From Nematocida ausubeli (lineage: Eukaryota), in NCBI RefSeq assembly GCF_000738915.1, contig NW_026515635.1:372001-436000 (forward strand): a stretch of DNA of 64,000 nucleotides. The letters are read 5' to 3'. The position numbers and the translations under genes were made by a program. The notes under the pieces were generated by a model, which was given only the letters and a program-made list of their open reading frames with translations, ran no database searches and was not told where the DNA came from. This document shows, piece after piece, positions 61,830 to 64,000 of the stretch; within the stretch, counting starts at the first letter, position 1; every line of letters begins with the position of its first letter.

Positions 61830-62318
61830 ATGCTTCTATTCTTACTTACTGTGCTTTGCATTTTCCTTTCCATATGCATGTCCATGTACTGGAGGATGGA
61901 AAGAAACAGAAAAGTGCGCATGCCCAGAAAGAAGGCAGCATGGGTTCTTGTTATTAATATGTATTCACCTGTTCAGAGCTCAGTGCTGGATCAGCTAGGA
62001 GATAAATATGGCATTAAGCTAACTGTTCAGGAAAATGATCAGGACACATTTCAAAATAATCATAAAAAATTCTGTAAGTCAATAGGAGAGTACACCGAAA
62101 AAGTTCCATACGTGGATATAATGGACTTTGTGTCCAGCAACAAGAGCATGTTCCCTGACATCGTTATCCTTTGCTCTGACAAAACAATATTCAAGACCAC
62201 ATCCCCCTTTCTTTTATATTCTGCAGAGCTTCTGCATACAAGGAAAGACTTCTCAGAAGATGCCTTGATAAGAGCATTGCAGCACTATGCTGACTGCGAG
62301 ATTAGAAATGGAAAATAG
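61830..62318 (+). CDS. NUS1: cis-prenyltransferase subunit Nus1/NgBR (miniaturised)
   Basis: N-terminal TM; PDIVI, PFLLYSAELLH, ALQHYADCEIRNGK with terminal RxG motif. Confidence 0.78.
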   Translation: MLLFLLTVLCIFLSICMSMYWRMERNRKVRMPRKKAAWVLVINMYSPVQSSVLDQLGDKYGIKLTVQENDQDTFQNNHKKFCKSIGEYTEKVPYVDIMDFVSSNKSMFPDIVILCSDKTIFKTTSPFLLYSAELLHTRKDFSEDALIRALQHYADCEIRNGK

Positions 62319-62583
62319 AGAGTGCACACTAAGCCTCCAAATAAAACATGCATACTACATAAATAGGTATTTCTCTGCCAGCTAATATTCTTTATATTTA
62401 TAGCTATAATTGGCATATCTGCAGTATATACATGCCCAGTTTAAATCAGAATATTTTTGCTAATATTAAGGCGCCATTAAGAAAAAGTTGCAAAACAATC
62501 CTTGCATGCCTATGCCAAATACTATATAGCCCACATTCTGGCATTGATGTGCAGTAAAGACATGTGCTTTTACATACGCAATC

Positions 62584-62682
62584 AGTTGGTTTTTTCTCCT
62601 CAAAAGATTAGACTTTGTCATTCTCGCTCAAAATTTATTTCTCGTCCTCTATTTATAGATCACTCATATAGGGGAACCCCTC
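62584..62682 (-). repeat. Direct repeat of 63902-64000 (end of one unit, spacer, start of next unit)
   Basis: Ungapped match at offset 1318, about 14 mismatches in 99 nt by hand count. Confidence 0.93.
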
Positions 62683-63939
62683 TAGTCTAAACACATTCAC
62701 TGTAACAGCTACTAGCAGACTTAGAGTTGGATCTGCCTGGTCGGCGTATAAGACTGGCAGAGCCCGGTGTAGTGTGTTATTCCCTTGATGTAATATGTCT
62801 ACGAGCACATATCCTTCGGTGGTGAGGATTTCGGGACCGGCTGTCTTGAAACTCAGTACTTCGGGCACGAACTTCAACTGTGGGCAGTGGGTCTTAATTG
62901 CTTTCATCGCATCCATAGACATGACATTGACATCTGCTCCCGCGCCACATATCACCGATATCTGTAGTCTGTTAAACAGCATATGGGTCTTCAACTCCTG
63001 TAAATCTGCCTCTGTAATAGTCTGTACTTGTCGGATTCGTTCCTCTGGGAGTCAACTCGAATTTCCCTTCTTCTCCGTAGCACTTCTGGTGGGGTCTTCC
63101 TTCTTACCAAACTGGTATTGATCATACCTTCACTTATACGGGTATTCCTTTCCATTACCGTGGTTCTTGGTACGTGTGTCTTCCTGTGTGGCTCTTGGCT
63201 TCAACCTTCGACAGTGTCTCGCAGAATGCCCCTTGATGTCACACTTTTGGCAGACAATTTCCGATGCGGGCGTACGCTTGTTCGGCCTCGTCGGCATTGG
63301 TTACACTGTATCTAGTCTCTTGCATTCTAAGAGTAAGCGTCGAAGTGCATCCGCAAACGTCCTTGGTGACATTAACCAAATTTCTGAAAAGCTTCTTGGA
63401 TATACCATTGTTTTCAACTGGAACTCTACCGCAACGTCTTCGAATGAATAGGTTCCCTCCCACAAATATACCGAAAACCCTGCGAACCATTCGTACCACG
63501 TATTATTTCCTTTTTTGGGAACGTTTCCAAGAGGGGATTTGCGTTCTCTCTCAATGCGTTGAAGCAAGTCTTCTATTACTTCATCATAGAATTCTTCAGT
63601 CCATTCCTCTAGTGGTGTCCCATCACTGTAGATCAGGGTGTGCAAAGGTGCGTTAATTCGTTTGGCTCTCGGGCCCCTGCGCGTGGATAATTCCTTCATT
63701 ATAAGGAATAATTTGCCGCGTGGCTCAAGGTCACGCCATTCTGGGAAGGCTAGAGAGAACATTTTCAGATCTCTCTGTGCTACTGTTCTTCCGTGTTCTA
63801 TGTCCAAGAATTGTAGAATCTGGAGGCACGTAGGTCTTCCTCCTCCTGCGCTATTTTGTCCTACCATGTGTGGGTGTGAAGCAGTGTTCTCATCTGCTTC
63901 TAGTTGGTTTTCCCTCCTCGAAATATTAGACTTTGTCAT
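62653..63939 (-). mobile_element. Retrotransposon-derived Gag (capsid-like, CCHC knuckle) plus aspartic-protease unit; pseudogenised, no RT/RNase H/integrase
   Basis: One reading frame with stops at 63301-63303 (TAA), 63130-63132 (TGA), 63052-63054 (TGA); read-through gives CQKCDIKGHSARHC, then ICGAGADVNVMS and FKTAG...TEGYV protease motifs. Confidence 0.85.
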
Positions 63940-64000
63940 TCTCGCTTAAAATTTATTTCTTGTCCGTTATTTATAGATCACTCGTAAAGAGGCACCCCCT
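63902..64000 (-). repeat. Direct repeat of 62584-62682, cut by the window edge
   Basis: Encodes ...RGCLFTSDL* then spacer then MTKSNISRRENQL; the other copy gives ...EGFPYMSDL* and MTKSNLLRRKNQL. Confidence 0.93.

Noticed and set aside
62584..64000. Canonical intact LTR retrotransposon
   Set aside because: No RT, RNase H or integrase, no clear terminal CA, primer-binding site or target-site duplication; the repeats coincide with ORF end and start. Cannot be fully excluded because the window cuts the upstream repeat
1..64000. CRISPR arrays, tRNA and rRNA genes, telomeric repeats, prokaryotic operon signals
   Set aside because: None recognised on reading; the sequence is eukaryotic. A divergent tRNA could have been missed without tRNAscan-SE

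Overview
Gene-dense, apparently intron-free eukaryotic DNA from a microsporidian, most likely the nematode-infecting genus Nematocida. This is inferred from the compact, divergent fungal-type housekeeping genes, the CCC motifs before start codons, and two copies of a large secreted protein resembling the NemLGF1 family. Most of the window is housekeeping: an RFC subunit, eIF5A, CCT-alpha, Fcp1, eL6, Rpt6, ArgRS, Alg14, Tfc1, an ABHD-type hydrolase, Rpa1, proteasome alpha7 and beta5, G6PD, biotin ligase, dephospho-CoA kinase, eS10, Rpb5, Yah1, Ies6, uL13, Rpf2, Rad21, Nse4, Dph6, Rex1, eL32, Trm140 and Nus1. Two accessory islands interrupt it (about 32.6-38.1 kb and 55.1-60.3 kb). Each has one copy of a duplicated ~3.6 kb module (promoter, ~895-aa secreted protein, ~0.5 kb conserved downstream block) beside an orphan tail-anchored gene. 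The window ends in a capsid-like Gag/CCHC/aspartic-protease unit with no RT or integrase. It is broken by three in-frame stops and bounded by direct repeats 1318 bp apart that look like the ends of neighbouring head-to-tail copies. Hand inspection also suggests a box C/D snoRNA, several other structured intergenic RNAs, E2F-like sites upstream of rad21, and several enzymes with altered catalytic motifs. All calls rest on motif recognition by eye; no searches were run.
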